A stretch of 63,967 nucleotides of DNA, the filler included, from Collodictyon triciliatum (taxonomy: Eukaryota): the NCBI GenBank assembly GCA_043381765.1. It is 8 parts of 8 records of this genome, joined end to end, with 100 filler letters (N's around TTAATTAATTAA, not from the genome) between each part and the next. Parts side by side here need not be neighbours in the genome. Positions count along the whole stretch, not along the records: positions 18,384 to 27,472 come from JBHJMP010003164.1; positions 27,573 to 36,746 come from JBHJMP010003165.1; positions 36,847 to 45,943 come from JBHJMP010003166.1; 5 more parts are not named here. The stretch is one strand, 5' to 3'. Shown piece by piece: positions 24,501 through 37,192 of the stretch. The notes below the pieces were generated by a model. That model searched no databases and was not told where the DNA came from. It saw only the letters and a list, made by a program, of their open reading frames with translations. A program made the position numbers and the translations under genes. The number at the start of each line of letters is the position of its first letter. Positions within the stretch are counted from its first letter, which is position 1.

Positions 24501-25050
24501 ATAAATACATAAATAATTCACACAATATTATGTATAGACAAAGCAAAAAAACAATCAATGGAATGAAGCGACTGACTTTCCAGCCTTTTCTTCTTCGACA
24601 GTACAAGAATACCTATGATGAAAAAGAAGAGGTTTGAGCAACTGACAAACTTTTGAGATTTAAATTCAACACTGATGTCATTTTCATATATTTAAGGAGT
24701 TTGCACAGCTAGCAATTATGGGAACAAAGTATAAGACAAAGAACACAGGCACAGTTATCGTTGATGTCGTCTCTCCTCGCTCACCCAGTACAGTTCGAAG
24801 AAATAGCCAAACAAGTGATTTTGGGATTGGGCGAAAACTGGAACCACAGGAAGCAGATTTGCCAACATCGTTGAATGATAAGCCAATATCACCTGAGGAA
24901 GCAATAAGAAAATCTACCTCCAATCTACAAATTGGCCTATCAGAGACAAAAGGCACATCTTTGAATACGGTGACAAGTGAAGATGTCACACAAGGAGGCG
25001 CCACGAATGCAGAAGTAGTTGATAATTCGAATACACAGTCTGCATACTGA
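18521..25050 (+). CDS. Multi-exon WD40-repeat protein with long disordered middle and uncharacterised C-terminal region; 5' end uncertain
   Basis: Exons give WD motifs FQAHHEKITGIVAADNENFIFTSSSDGVVHNWD, IVASNDGCIYIW, LATCSTDGTCKTWN, MRHEDEVTCVSQSKDNR and ITGSSDSTLRIWD. A large exon lies at about 20997-22094, and further small GT-AG exons run to TGA at 25048-25050. Confidence 0.7.
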
Positions 25051-25261
25051 GACAAGCATATCGCAAGAAAGTGATGCAGTCTTTTCTTCTTTGAAATTTT
25101 TTTTTTTACCATAAACCCATCATACATAAATCACAATATCTACCAAACAGAGGGGGGTTTTTTTTTTATCTCTGGACGTGTTTCTCTAGCGATGTCCTTG
25201 ACATATTTGTTTAGTGACTGCCATTCATAAGTTATTGTAGCTCATCTGTTTATTCAATACA

Positions 25262-26874
25262 TCAATTTTCTTTATGTGTCCGCTTTGGTTTAAACTCCCA
25301 GAGTTCAAGCTCAGGAAACCTTTCGTACCGAAGGTTCTTCCGAAAATCAATCTTTCTTTGACTTGCATCAAATCGGTTGATCATTGGAATTTCAGATTCT
25401 GATGCATTTTTAAATAAATATATAAATTCATTCTGAGTGCACAAAGAATGATACTGACAATTTTTCCCCTAAGAAACGAACGGAAAACAAACAAACAAAC
25501 AAACAAACAAACAAACAAACAAACAAACAAACAAACAAACAAACAAACAAACAAAAAAGCATACAAACAAAAAAACATACAAACAAACAAAAAAAACTCT
25601 TGGTTTCTATAAAAGTCAATATATTCGGACCTGCATCGTCGGTACCATCAACACTCATGTATTCTCTGAATCTTTCGTAGGAAGGACTTGATATTCTCAG
25701 ATCTTCAAGGGTAAAGTTCAGCCGTTTTTCCATCGAAAATATGCAAGAGAAGTCTAAATTTTCCGCTAACTCACTGTAGATGAATGATTAATGTTTTCTG
25801 ATTCATCAAAGCATAAAGTCCTGCACATGGATTCGATACGAATTGGTCATGTATGTATTGAATTAGTACAATAGGACAAAAAGAAGGACGTATTAGGTAT
25901 TCCAAGAAAAATACACGGAGAAAAATTACGGATGACAATACCTCAAGAAAGAAAACAGAGAGTCAGTCAATTCATTCTCGTAAATAACTACAAAATCACA
26001 TTTATCTTGGTGAGAAAAGTACTGAGACGACCGCATATATTAATTAAGCAACTACTACCGTCAGCAGCGATTATAACTACTCGGTTTTCTCGCAAGATAT
26101 CGATATCACTTCGTTTCCATGTATATTCATCAGAATCGGATGTCCATAGCTGGGCCGTTCCTTGAAGCCAATCCAAGCGTCGAATTTGTATATTGCCTTT
26201 GCATTCTGCTATCCACTGCTTATTGGCATCGACATTTTTCCTCGCAAGCCGCAAAATATCGTCGGTGTAGTCTAGATACCCATAATAAGCATTAACCTTC
26301 AGGATGAAAAGACGCCAGCTTAGTTGGAATCAAAAAAACTGGGACTCGGCGAAATACATTACCAGTCAGATAAACGGATTTGCATATGGAGGCGGCAATA
26401 ATAGAAGAGAGGCTATTGTATTGTAGGTCGATGAACACAAACTTTATTTCATCTCTTTTCTGTTGATGTGAAAATAATGCGATAGCTCACTGAAAGAAAT
26501 AAAAGCGAAATTACCCAACACCAGCACCTAAGTCAATAAGCACAGAATCCTTCAAGTCAGATTGTTTGTGAATGAGGTAGTCAGATAACAGGTACGCTCC
26601 GCTCCATAACTGTGAATAGGCACACAAAGTTTTGACTTTCTTTAGTAAATGTATCGCTATATCAATATCAGCCAGGCATGTGTTCGCGTCGGAGGAGTGC
26701 ACCAGAAAATCATAAAGTCAATAAATTAAAATGACCTGCAATCCAACATCTTTAAGTGGGGTGAACAGTTTTTTATGAATCGTAATGCAAACTAGTACGT
26801 TACATTTTATTTGAATTCAAGTTTGAATATCAGAAACATAACATGCTATCGTGATTGGTATTTCCACTCAGTTC

Positions 26875-26932
<58 letters not shown>

Positions 26933-27394
26933 CGATAATGATAATGACGATGATGATGATAACGATAATTGCCCTTCAAACAATACTAATGAATTTAAAT
27001 ACCCCAAACCTGTCTTGCTACAAGCGCTTCTGCGTATATCCAAGTCACCATCTTCGTCCACTACAAAACTATCGATGGGACCAGAGAACGGCTCTAAATG
27101 ACATCGAACATACAAAACACTTTTAGATAGATATGAATTTAGTCAGAATGAGCACTGAAAAATCAAACAAAAGAAAAGAAAATAGAGCAAGATAGAACGG
27201 TAACGTCGACTGAGGGAACGGCCATCCCAACCTTCCTCGCTACTAAACCAGACTTGAGTTTCACAGAGTCCGTTTGCTGAGAGACATACTTCGCCCCAGT
27301 CATATACGTCGTTGGCATCATACGTTGCACAAGAGGTTGGCATTTCTGCTTCGCTTGCTGCAGAGGCCGCTTCCGTGCGTTCTTTCTTCTCCAT
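25262..27394 (-). CDS. METTL22: METTL22-like protein lysine methyltransferase (methyltransferase family 16), 9 exons
   Basis: Spliced: ...VVDEDGDLDIRR...TPLKDVGLQ|LWSGAYLLSDYL...VLIDLGAGVG|LSSIIAA...VYLTD...IRRLDW...IIAADVIYENELTD...SMEKRLNFTLEDL...YER...LELW. DEDGDL, VGLQxW, DxxY and EKRxNF are METTL22 signatures. Confidence 0.9.
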
Positions 27395-27785
27395 AACTCA
27401 GCCTGTTCAGTTCCAGATTATTTTTTTTTTAGAAAGCAAAATAAAAAAAAAAAAAACATAAAACAAAAAAAANNNNNNNNNNNNNNNNNNNNNNNNNNNN
27501 NNNNNNNNNNNNNNNNTTAATTAATTAANNNNNNNNNNNNNNNNNNNNNNNNNNNNNNNNNNNNNNNNNNNNGTTTTCTGTTTTCTGTTTTCTGTTTTCT
27601 GTTTTCTGTTTTCTGTTTTCTGTTTTCTGTTTTCTGTTTTCTGTTTTCTGTTTTCTGTTTTCTGTTTTCTGTTTTTCTGTTTTCTGTTTTCTGTTTTCTG
27701 TTTTCTGTTTTCTGTTTTCTCTGTTCTTGAGTTCTGAGCGCAACCAGGAAACACTCCCCAGACCGACCGACCCGGCAGAGAGACG

Positions 27786-28401
27786 ATGGAAGGTCTGGCT
27801 GACTACGGCTCCAGCGATGATGAGCACAAGATGACTGAGACAGAAGCTTTGTCGGTGTCCAACGGCGACGCGTAAGAATCATCCTACCTGCACGCTTTTC
27901 CTGTCATCGCAACTAGCCTCTGTCCAACCACTTTGTCCCTTTCTCTCTCTCTATATATATCTTTCTGCCGCCCACAAAACGCAGAACCTAAACAGACGCA
28001 ATTGTCCATCGGCCACCCTTTCGACTTGTAAAGGCCTTTGTCGGCAAGCACTGACATGCTGGGTTGTATTCAGAAGGAAGCGGACTCTGGACGAGTCTCC
28101 ATCGCCAAAGAAGGCCGCCACCCCGGCCGCAAAGGCTCATATCTCGCTGCCCTCTGCAGCTTCGCTCTTTGACTCAGTTCCATTTGTGCCGAGCATAGTA
28201 GCCCGTTCGGCCTCGCAGGCGGCAACAGCCGTGACCTCCTCTACAAACCAAAGCCATGCAGCTGCTGAGAAGCCTGCCTCACGGAGCAAAGCCGCAATGT
28301 TTCTCCCACCCCAGCTCGCAAAAGGAAAAGCAAACACAAGCACAGAAGACTTGGAGGCGTGGAACACAAAAGCGTCCATATCCAAACCAGCACCAAAATA
28401 A
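27786..28401 (+). CDS. Small two-exon low-complexity protein (MEGLADYGSSDDE...MFLPPQL..GKANTSTEDL)
   Basis: Exon 1 is 27786-27871 (donor GTAAG). Branch-like CTGAC at 28051. Exon 2 is 28074-28401, in frame. Confidence 0.75.
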
Positions 28402-28888
28402 TCGCTGTCCTCTGACCCTTTATCCTGTTCCTTGTTTCGCTTCCCATTGCTTTGCTTTGCTTTGCTTTCCAGAGTTCTCCTTTTCATTTGTTACTGATTG
28501 ATATTTCAAGAATAGGCGCCATGCGATGTTTCTGGCATAAAAAAAAAAAAAATAAACCGGTTTATGGCCTATCATTAGATTGTTGAGACTGTTTAAGGGC
28601 TTTCACAGGCTTTCTAGTGTTGGCTGCTATTACTGCAGCATGAGTTACGAGAGGTCCACTCGAGAGTCTCGTTTGGGATTATAATATCTTTGTTTCACAG
28701 CATGTTTTTTTTCCATTACCTTTTGGGAGAGAAAAAAGCAAATGATTAGGTCTGAAGAGATAAGAGAAAAAATATTGTGACACAAGTCTGGGAATGAGGC
28801 CTAAAATGATGGAGCAATCGCCATACCCAAGAGAGGTTCAGGGGACATATTTGCATGTAGAACGGTCGATACGGGCATATGAAAAACA

Positions 28889-31800
28889 TTAGTCGTCCAC
28901 GGGATACTCCTCGATATCTATCTCACAGTTATCACAGGTAAAAAAAAAAAAAGTAAATCAAAGATAAAAAAAAAGTAAATCAAAGATATCCAATACAGAT
29001 GCCCAGAAAAAGCTCGGAGGTGTGGGCCACTTTGGTTTTAACATAAAGTGCTAAATCGTCTTTTTGCATATATATATATTAAGAAAATAGAGATTGTAAA
29101 CTTCACTCACAATCTTCCACAACTCTTGTTTCGTGCAACGCAAGATACATCACCAAAAAGCATGGTATGCCCATTAGGCAGTATATCAAAAAAGTAGTTT
29201 CCTACAATAAAAATACTATGCATCACCAATTCAAAAAGGGAAAGATATACTTGAACTGAATTGTGAAAGAAAAAACGAAACAGGCGCAGAACTTCTTTGC
29301 TTATGCTTTTGTTTGGTTTTTGGTTTGGTTTTTGGTTTGGTTTTTTGGTTTGGTTTTTTGTTTGGTTTTTTGTTTGGTTTTTTGTTTGGTTTTTTGGTTT
29401 GGTTTTTTGGTTTGGTTTTTTGGTTTGGTTTTTTGGTTTGGTTTTTTGGTTTGGTTTTTTGGTTTGGTTTTTTTGTTTGGTTTTTTTGTTTGGTTTTTTT
29501 TGTTTGGTTTTAGGTGTGTCTACATACGGGCCCAAAGGCATCCAGAAAGACAGGAAATGTCAGAGACAGCAGCAAGTTGAGCGTCCATTGAATGGTGTTG
29601 ATTGCCCCAAGCACTTTTGCACGCAAGTTATCATCACATATTTCTACATTCAGAGAACGAGTTGTTTTAAAGAAAAAAAGTCCACTTAGTAGCATCTCCA
29701 TAAAAAAAAAAAAAAAAAGGAATGAGACCTCACAAACCAGTTATGAGAACGTAAAATAAAGGCCCAGGCTAAGGATTCAATTCATATTTGTTGTCATGTA
29801 GCGGTAAGAATATGTGATTAGATTATATTAAAAAAAATATTGTGTTCAGGTCTGAATTTAGGCTAATTAAATGAATTTCAATCCTTTGACGATAAAAAGA
29901 CGTATATATATTTGACTGGTTATGATTCGTATTAGAATATCTTAAGTGTAGAAACACACCCCAATTTCGAAACCGAAGATGAATAACACAAGGCTTTATT
30001 TGGTTCAAAAATTAGTAATGTTTAAAATAGTTATTTCACGCTATAACTATATTGTACTGTATCAAATAACCAATATCTGCATAATTTTAAAAAAAAATTG
30101 CTCCTCAAAATTATATGTGTAATGGTAAGCTGAAAAGACCTAGGTATAGATAATATCACTTGATTGCTGTTCGATGCAGAAAAGGCACCTGCTAAGCCTG
30201 CATTTGCAACAATCAATATGAACAAACCTAGATGTATATATAAAAAAAAACGTTAATAAACCCCCTCAAGGAAAATATACAAGGAAGTAATGCGTCTACA
30301 AGCCTGTGAGGTAGAGTGGCCTTCTGCCGATTTTATCCACCAAGTAGAATGAAATAAAGACGGTAATAAAATTCCAAAACCCGATGACTATTTCAACGGA
30401 CGTTATTTTAATATCACTGTTATAGACAAACATGCAGGAATCATATTAAACTTATATGAATTTATATTAATTTTATATCACTGAAATGATGAAACAAACA
30501 TGTGGATGCGAGTGTAGACTCATCCACTCCAGCCTCTTCAAAAAGTTTTGGAGTATAGTATATTATCGCGTTGATACCTGTAAGCTATCAACACAATTAA
30601 ATATTTCGGAAATCATAATGAATGTTGTAATTCCTACTATTGCTCAATTAAGAAAAATGCAAACAGAACAATACGCAACATCCTACCATACCTGATTTGC
30701 TATTGCAAGCATTATCGACATTAAGACAACTCGTTTTTCTTTCATTAATTCTTTGTACTCAAATAAAAACAATGCCCTATTGATATAAAATATTGAAAAA
30801 TGGAGGGTGTAAATGGTTACTGACCGAACAAAGTGGTAAAATTGCAGTATTGCGGATGATGTAATCATACTTTAAAATAATGTCCACTCTGCTGGATGGC
30901 TTCCTCAGCAAATAACTAAGAAATAAAGGTACATCAATATGGCTTCGTGGGGGAAAATCCTTTACTCGATTCAAAGATGAATAGTGAGGAAGTATGAGAG
31001 AAAAATAGGAGGCCTATCTATTGGTGTAAATGCGATCATTGTGCGATACCTTGACTCTGCCTTTTGGTTGGTAAAGACTTGACTTTCTGGTAGAAAATAA
31101 ACAACTATCAAGCAAAATATAGCCGGCATTCCACCAAAGCCCAGAAAGTATCTGAAATCATCGTGTTAACACCAGCAGACGATGTATGAGACAAGACAGA
31201 ACGATGTTTGGTTCCATAAAATATAAAAGTGTTATTATACCAATTGAAGTATTTGAAGAGTTCAGACTATAGTTTATTGAGAAAGGGCATATTTGTTTAA
31301 ACCTATGATAGTTGGCATTCTTTTCATAACACATGCGGGGTGATTCGAGTTCACAATATATGACACCAATGAGATATGAGATAAATATTCCAAAGCATAT
31401 TGATAACTGAAAAGTAATCCCCATTTGACCTCTTATAGCATCTAAATTCATTAAGGAAAATTACGCTTCGTATAAATATATGAATATGCATCAATCATAT
31501 ATATAGGGTTTTTTTCGTTTTTGGTTTTTGGTTTTGGTTTTTGGTTTTTGGTTTTTGGTTTTTGGTTTTTGGTTTTTGGTTTTTGGTTTTTGGTTTTTGG
31601 TTTTTGGTTTTTGGTTTTTGGTTTTTGGTTTTTGGTTTTTGGTTTTTGGTTTTTGGTTTTTGGTTTTTGGTTTTTGGTTTTTGGTTTNGGTTTTTGGTTT
31701 TTGGTTTTTGGTTTTTGGTTTTTGGTTTTTGGTTTTTGGTTTTTGGTTTTTGGTTTTTGGTTTTTGGTTTTTGGTTTTTGGTTTTTGGTTTTCATTAAAA

Positions 31801-32622
31801 ACCTGGAGATAGCTCTTTTAAGTACGTTGGAACAATAACGGATATGATGCCTATGGAAACGCCCATCAAGACTCGAGCCAAACAAAAAAATGTAATGTCG
31901 AATTCGACTGCAGATAACAGACTCGAGATAATACATAACTATAACATTATGGATAACATAAATGTTTTTTTTTCAATGCATGGTGTATTTTATCCTGAAA
32001 ATAGTTGAAAATGCGATTGAGTCATGCATCATAGCTGCAGTTTGACTGCATATGTAAAGGCAGATAAAAGTCTTTGCGAATAAAAGCTACGATGCTGCTA
32101 ACAAAGACGGGCTGCCTTCGCCCACGCTTGTCCGCCAAGTATCCAGCCAATAGTGAACCGAATATCGCCCCGACAAGAACTGTGGATGCCACGGCCCCTT
32201 CTGCACCGCTGGAAAGCGAATATTTTTCACTGCCAGAGGAAAAGCAGAGATGAAGCGGCGCAGTAATGAGAAAAGAAGAAGAAAAAATGACATTGAATTC
32301 TCACATGAAACAAAGCAAACACTACAGAATATTTGGGATGCGCATGGCTTTAAATGTGTTTGATGGGTTAAGGCGGTTGAAAGAGAACGAGATACATGGC
32401 AGGCCCAGGACTGCCCACATCAAATAGAAAAAAAAAACATAGACTATTGCTGGGATTTCCAGGAATCGCTCGCCAAGGGTTTGTTGCGAATCAAGAAACT
32501 CACGCCAACATCGGGCCGACGTTCGCAATGATGCCTGTGTTGTAGCCATAAACGGCTCCGGCAAACCCAGAAAGACAGCCCACCAGTCCCAGTGCACTTT
32601 CGCCCTCTTGATTGGTCGACAT
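28889..32622 (-). CDS. MFS sugar porter family transporter, multi-exon
   Basis: Spliced: MSTNQEGESALGLVGCLSGFAGAVYGYNTGII...GAIFGSLLAGYLADKRGRR...ARVLMGVSIGIISVIVPTYLKELSPDAIRGQMGITFQL...LPES...INAIIYYTPKLF...VDKIGRRPL...GPGPLFYVLITEI...HETR...DD*. These are the classic sugar-porter motifs. Confidence 0.92.
31520..31792. repeat. (GGTTTTT)n intronic microsatellite
   Basis: Near-perfect 7-mer array inside a sugar-porter intron. A related (GGTTTGGTTTTTT)n array lies at about 29310-29510. Confidence 0.95.
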
Positions 32623-32911
32623 GGGCCTCTCCTGTTGGGTTTCCTGTGATGGGCGGGTTCTTTGTGTTGCGATCAGTATCTTTCACCTTTTCTTTCTTCG
32701 AACGCCAACCTGGCTGATCGAAACTGCGTCGGCTGTTCGTAGGAGGAAAGGCTTTCGCACGCAGAGGGATGTGAACTTCTTTTTTTTCTTTTTTCTTTTT
32801 TTCTTTTTTTCTTTTTTTCTTTTTTTTTTTTCTTTTTTTCTTTTTTCTTTTTTTTTTTCTTTTTTCTTTTTCTTTTTTCTTTTTTTCTTTTTCTTTTTTC
32901 TTTTTTTCTTT

Positions 32912-32980
<69 letters not shown>

Positions 32981-33462
32981 CTTTTTTTTCTTTTTTTCTT
33001 TTTTTCTTTTTTTTTCTTTTTTCTTTTTTCTTTTTTTCTTTTTTCTTTTTTCTTTTTTTCTTTTTTCTTTTTTCTTTTTTTCTTTTTTCTTTTTCTTTTT
33101 TTCTTTTTCTTTTTTTCTTTTCTTTTTTCTTTTTTTCTTTTTTTCTTTTTTTCTTTTTTCTTTTTTCTTTTTTTTTTTTTCTTTTTTCTTTTTTTCTTTT
33201 TTTCTTGTGAAATCCCCTCAAAATCCAACGATGACAAGACTCCCGCCGTATAACAGAGTCATCTGTCAAGTGAAGCTACTGGCCGGTCTCGAATTGCACC
33301 AGAGTGCCATATATCGCATATAATAAATTATTTCATGCCATTATTGTATTAAATGCAGTTATGTTGAGATACATTTTGACTTGCTGAGATTATCATTTAT
33401 ATTCCACACATGTAGTATTAAATAGGTATGAGTAAGCACTGTAGGCCGCAACAAAGGTATGC

Positions 33463-33735
33463 TTTCTCACTTTCTCATTCTGCTTCGCTTTCTCACTTTC
33501 TAACTTTCTCACTTTCTCACTTTCTCACTTTCTCACTTTCTCACTTTCTCACTTTCTCACTTTCTCACTTTCTCACTTTCTCACTTTCTCACTTTCTCAC
33601 TTTCTCACTTTCAAACACTTTTCCTTCTCACTTTTCACTTCTCACTTTCTCACTTTCTCACTTTCTCACTTTCTCACTTTCTCACTTTCTCACTTTCTCA
33701 CTTTCTCACTTTCTCACTTTCTCACTTTCTCACTT
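33463..33735. repeat. (TTTCTCAC)n microsatellite
   Basis: 8-mer array upstream of the first NHL gene. An adjacent poly-pyrimidine tract lies at 32777-33205. Confidence 0.95.
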
Positions 33736-33864
33736 TCAAACACTTTTCTTTGGCTGGCACGCAAGCACTGAAGTTTCAGGCAAGGAAGACCAGGAGAAAA
33801 GAACAAGAGCCAGAGAGACGGAAAGTGGGGAGGCACCACGGTATTCAGTTCAAGAGAAAGCAGG

Positions 33865-35654
33865 ATGTTCAAGAGCTCGATTTCTGCTTTTTTCCAAAAA
33901 GATCTCTGCAAACAGAGCAAGACTACCCAAAGCAAAGCTTCAGCCAAAGCCTCCAAAGCAGAGGATGTGATGAGTAAGGTACCCTATCTTTTTCTGCATC
34001 CTTGTTTATATCGCCCCTGAAAATTGACTTAATNNNNNNNNNNNNNNNNNNNNNNNNNNNNNNNNNNNNNNNNNNNNNNNNNNNNNNNNNNNNNNNNNNN
34101 NNNNNNNNNNNNNNNNNNNNNNNNNNNNNNNNNNNNNNNNNNNNNNNNNNNNNNNNNNNNNNNNNNNNNNNNNNNNNNNNNNNNNNNNNNNNNNNNNNNN
34201 NNNNNNNNNNNNNNNNNNNNNNNNNNNNNNNNNNNNNNNNNNNNNNNNNNNNNNNNNNNNNNNNNNNNNNNNNNNNNNNNNNNNNNNNNNNNNNNNNNNN
34301 NNNNNNNNNNNNNNNNNNNNNNNNNNNNNNNNNNNNNNNNNNNNNNNNNNNNNNNNNNNNNNNNNNNNNNNNNNNNNNNNNNNNNNNNNNNNNNNNNNNN
34401 NAGTGACATGCTTCAAGTGCTTAATTTCAGCTTTTCCTCAACAATCATGCCAATAAATTATACACAATACGCCGGTAGTTGAAAAGGGAATCGGCCGAGG
34501 CAAACAAGGCTTTTTCAGCACAGGAAACGCACGCCATTTACCTCAAAGAAGCCCTTAAAATCTACCAACTCACTTGTAATGTCGGCACAAAGAGACCTCG
34601 AATGCTCAAGAAAGAGCCACCCTTACAGCAAAGCAGACCACTCTTGAGCTTGATTAGTTACAAAGACATCACAACCATCCAGATCGACGTATTATTCGTC
34701 TTCAACCTAGTGCTCATCCTCCCAGAGCGCATCCACATCCATACCAAGGCCATCAAAACATATCTATGTAACCCTCATCCGTCGCACTTTGGGATACATC
34801 TATACAAGGCTGGTAGGCGTGTGGTAAGGTCGCTGGATAGCATTCCCACAACGCCAAGCAAAGAGCTGAATGTGAACGGAAACAGTCCATCCTCGCTGGA
34901 CTATTCGTATGGAATAAGCATTCACCCGCACACAGGGCATCTCTATGTCGGGGATTCAAACAACCACCGCATCCAAGTCTTCACATCGGAATTACAGTAT
35001 GTGCGGACCGTCCAGTTGATTTCTGCTTCTGGGGCAGCATCATTCAAACACCCGAGGTCTGTTGCATTCTCCTTGGATGCGAAAAGGATGGTGATTGTGG
35101 ATAATCACAGCCTTCATTGCACTGATCTGGAGGGAAATCTGATGTGGACTCGAGGGTCTCAAAGCCCCGGACCTTCCGGCTTCCATTTTGCACAATTTGT
35201 AGTCGCAGATCAAAAAGGATTCTTTTATGTTTCTGACCGGTGCAACAGTGTCGTCAAAAAGTTTGATGAGCAAGGAAACCAAGTTGCTGTGATTCAAGCT
35301 CAAGATACCCTGGGTTCCGTCACGGGGCACCCATGCGGGATTATGATTAACGAACATGACGAATTGATGTATTCATGTGACGGAGGAAACTTTGTGTATT
35401 TCTTGACTCTTGACGGAGTTTTCTTACGCAAGGTCGGAATTGAAAAGGTTTCTTCTGGCTCGTCAAACTTTCTCACCCGTGGCCCAGAAGGCGGATTCAT
35501 CATCACGAATATGGGAGGGAATACCGTGTATTTTTACTCCTCTTCTGGAACCCTTTTGAGAAAGATGACAGCAAACGTCCCTGTCGGTGCAGTGTTTGAC
35601 CATTATAATCAGCTGCACATAGTTTCGAGGTCAGGTTCCATCTATCGATTTTGA
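33865..35654 (+). CDS. NHL-repeat (six-bladed beta-propeller) protein
   Basis: Probable exon 1 is 33865-33978 (MFKSSISAFF...VMSK|GT), followed by an N gap and a large exon at 34479-35654 after a TAG acceptor. NHL motifs: LDYSYGISIHPHTGHLYVGDSNNHRIQVF, FKHPRSVAF, FYVSDRCNSVVKKFD, HPCGIMIN. Confidence 0.8.
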
Positions 35655-36627
35655 CGAAGAAGTGCCATGTGTGATAGACCAGGGTCTATTTATCAAAACT
35701 TCACAATACGAATCAATCAGTGTTTTTCTGATTTTTCTCTTTCTCTTTCTCTTTCTCTTTCTCTTTCTCTTTCTCTTTCTCTTTCTCTTTCTCTTTCTCT
35801 TTCTCTTTCTCTTTCTCTGTCACTGAACGAATAAATTAAAATACAAAATACTCAAATGTCCATTATGCTATCTCCTGCTGAATCTTTTTGCATTTTTTAA
35901 TTCTTGGAGAAGCTAATTCATTCATTTTCCCCTTTGATTCAGCACCTCGAACAACCAGCGAAAAATACAGCAGTTTGCTTATTTCTAGGATTAAGGTTTT
36001 TCTTGGGTCACCAAAAGGGCCTTTGTTTTTTACTCGAAATGAAGTGTGATACATCTGATCTTTTCTTTTCTTTTCTTTAAAAAAAAAGTAAGCTTCTTTT
36101 GATTATCAGATTGTTGTGTTTCGTGTCAGAATTGTGTATGTAATTATGCCCTTGATGTAATAGACTCTCACTTGTCTTCATGGCTGCGTTCAACAATTCT
36201 CTTTGAAGTTCGTAGGATAAGCAGTAAGCATGCACTGTTGCAGGTAGGGAAGAGTTTTCCATTCCACAATAAAAAAAAAAATATCAGCTTCATGACCCAG
36301 CTACTTTAACTTGCTCGTTATGAATTGTCTTTCATTACACTTTCTATTTCTCTTTAGATGAGCCCAGTATTTTAAGAAATGCCGTAAATAAGTGTTCCGA
36401 ACTGACGGCAGATATCCCAAATGAATAATTATTTTTTTCGCGAACGCAACTCAAGAAACATATGTGTTTTTCTGGCACTATGAGGATACATCTATGGGTG
36501 TTTCATTGGTGTAAAAAGTGGTGTCTGCCTTGCGCACCTTTTCTTCTGATTTTTTCTACAAAGGCTTTTTAATTTACTCCTCAAGTTGTTTGTTGTTGTT
36601 TTTTTTTTTTTTTTTTGTTTTTTTTTT

Positions 36628-36746
<119 letters not shown>

Positions 36747-36867
36747 NNNNNNNNNNNNNNNNNNNNNNNNNNNNNNNNNNNNNNNNNNNNTTAATTAATT
36801 AANNNNNNNNNNNNNNNNNNNNNNNNNNNNNNNNNNNNNNNNNNNNAATGATAATCTACCTCACCCG

Positions 36868-36967
36868 CGATAATGATAATGATAATGATAATGATAATGA
36901 TAATGATAATGATAATGATAATGATAATGATAATGATAATGATAATGATAATGATAATGATAATGAT
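36868..36967. repeat. (GATAAT)n microsatellite
   Basis: 6-mer array near the contig start. Other SSRs: (ATT/AAT)n at about 7001-7051, 15558-15630 and 26876-26923; (TTTG)n 18384-18476; (TTCTC)n 22421-22521; (GTTTTCT)n 27573-27720; (TTTTG)n 57160-57456; (AAAAGAAC)n 55031-55124. Confidence 0.95.
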
Positions 36968-37192
36968 AGTGGTAGTGAAAATATAAATAATGACAATTAT
37001 AAGGATAACGGGCATGGTAATAGCGATGATGTAGAGCATATCATTCTGATCGGTGTATTATAGGACATTTAGATTTATAACTTGACAACTTTGATTTTTT
37101 TTAAGTACAAATAAGGAGACAAATAACGAATGATATAGTAGGAGTTAAAAGATAATAAAGAGATAAGAAAAAGTAGTTTGCAAATATTCTAG

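Noticed and set aside
31520-31792. (GGTTTTT)n as a telomeric repeat or CRISPR-like array
   Set aside because: It is intronic, has no spacers and is one of many different SSR motifs in the window.
32612-33269. Poly-Phe and poly-Lys ORFs, and similar ORFs at about 17664-18620, 29107-29689, 31451-31936, 45564-45995, 52057-52692 and 57036-57561
   Set aside because: These are translations of microsatellites or N gaps, not genes.
35863-36560. Possible 3' exons of a minus-strand gene (MENSSLP..., ...KKIQQEIA*)
   Set aside because: Splice sites are plausible, but there is no recognisable homology and the exon chain is ambiguous.
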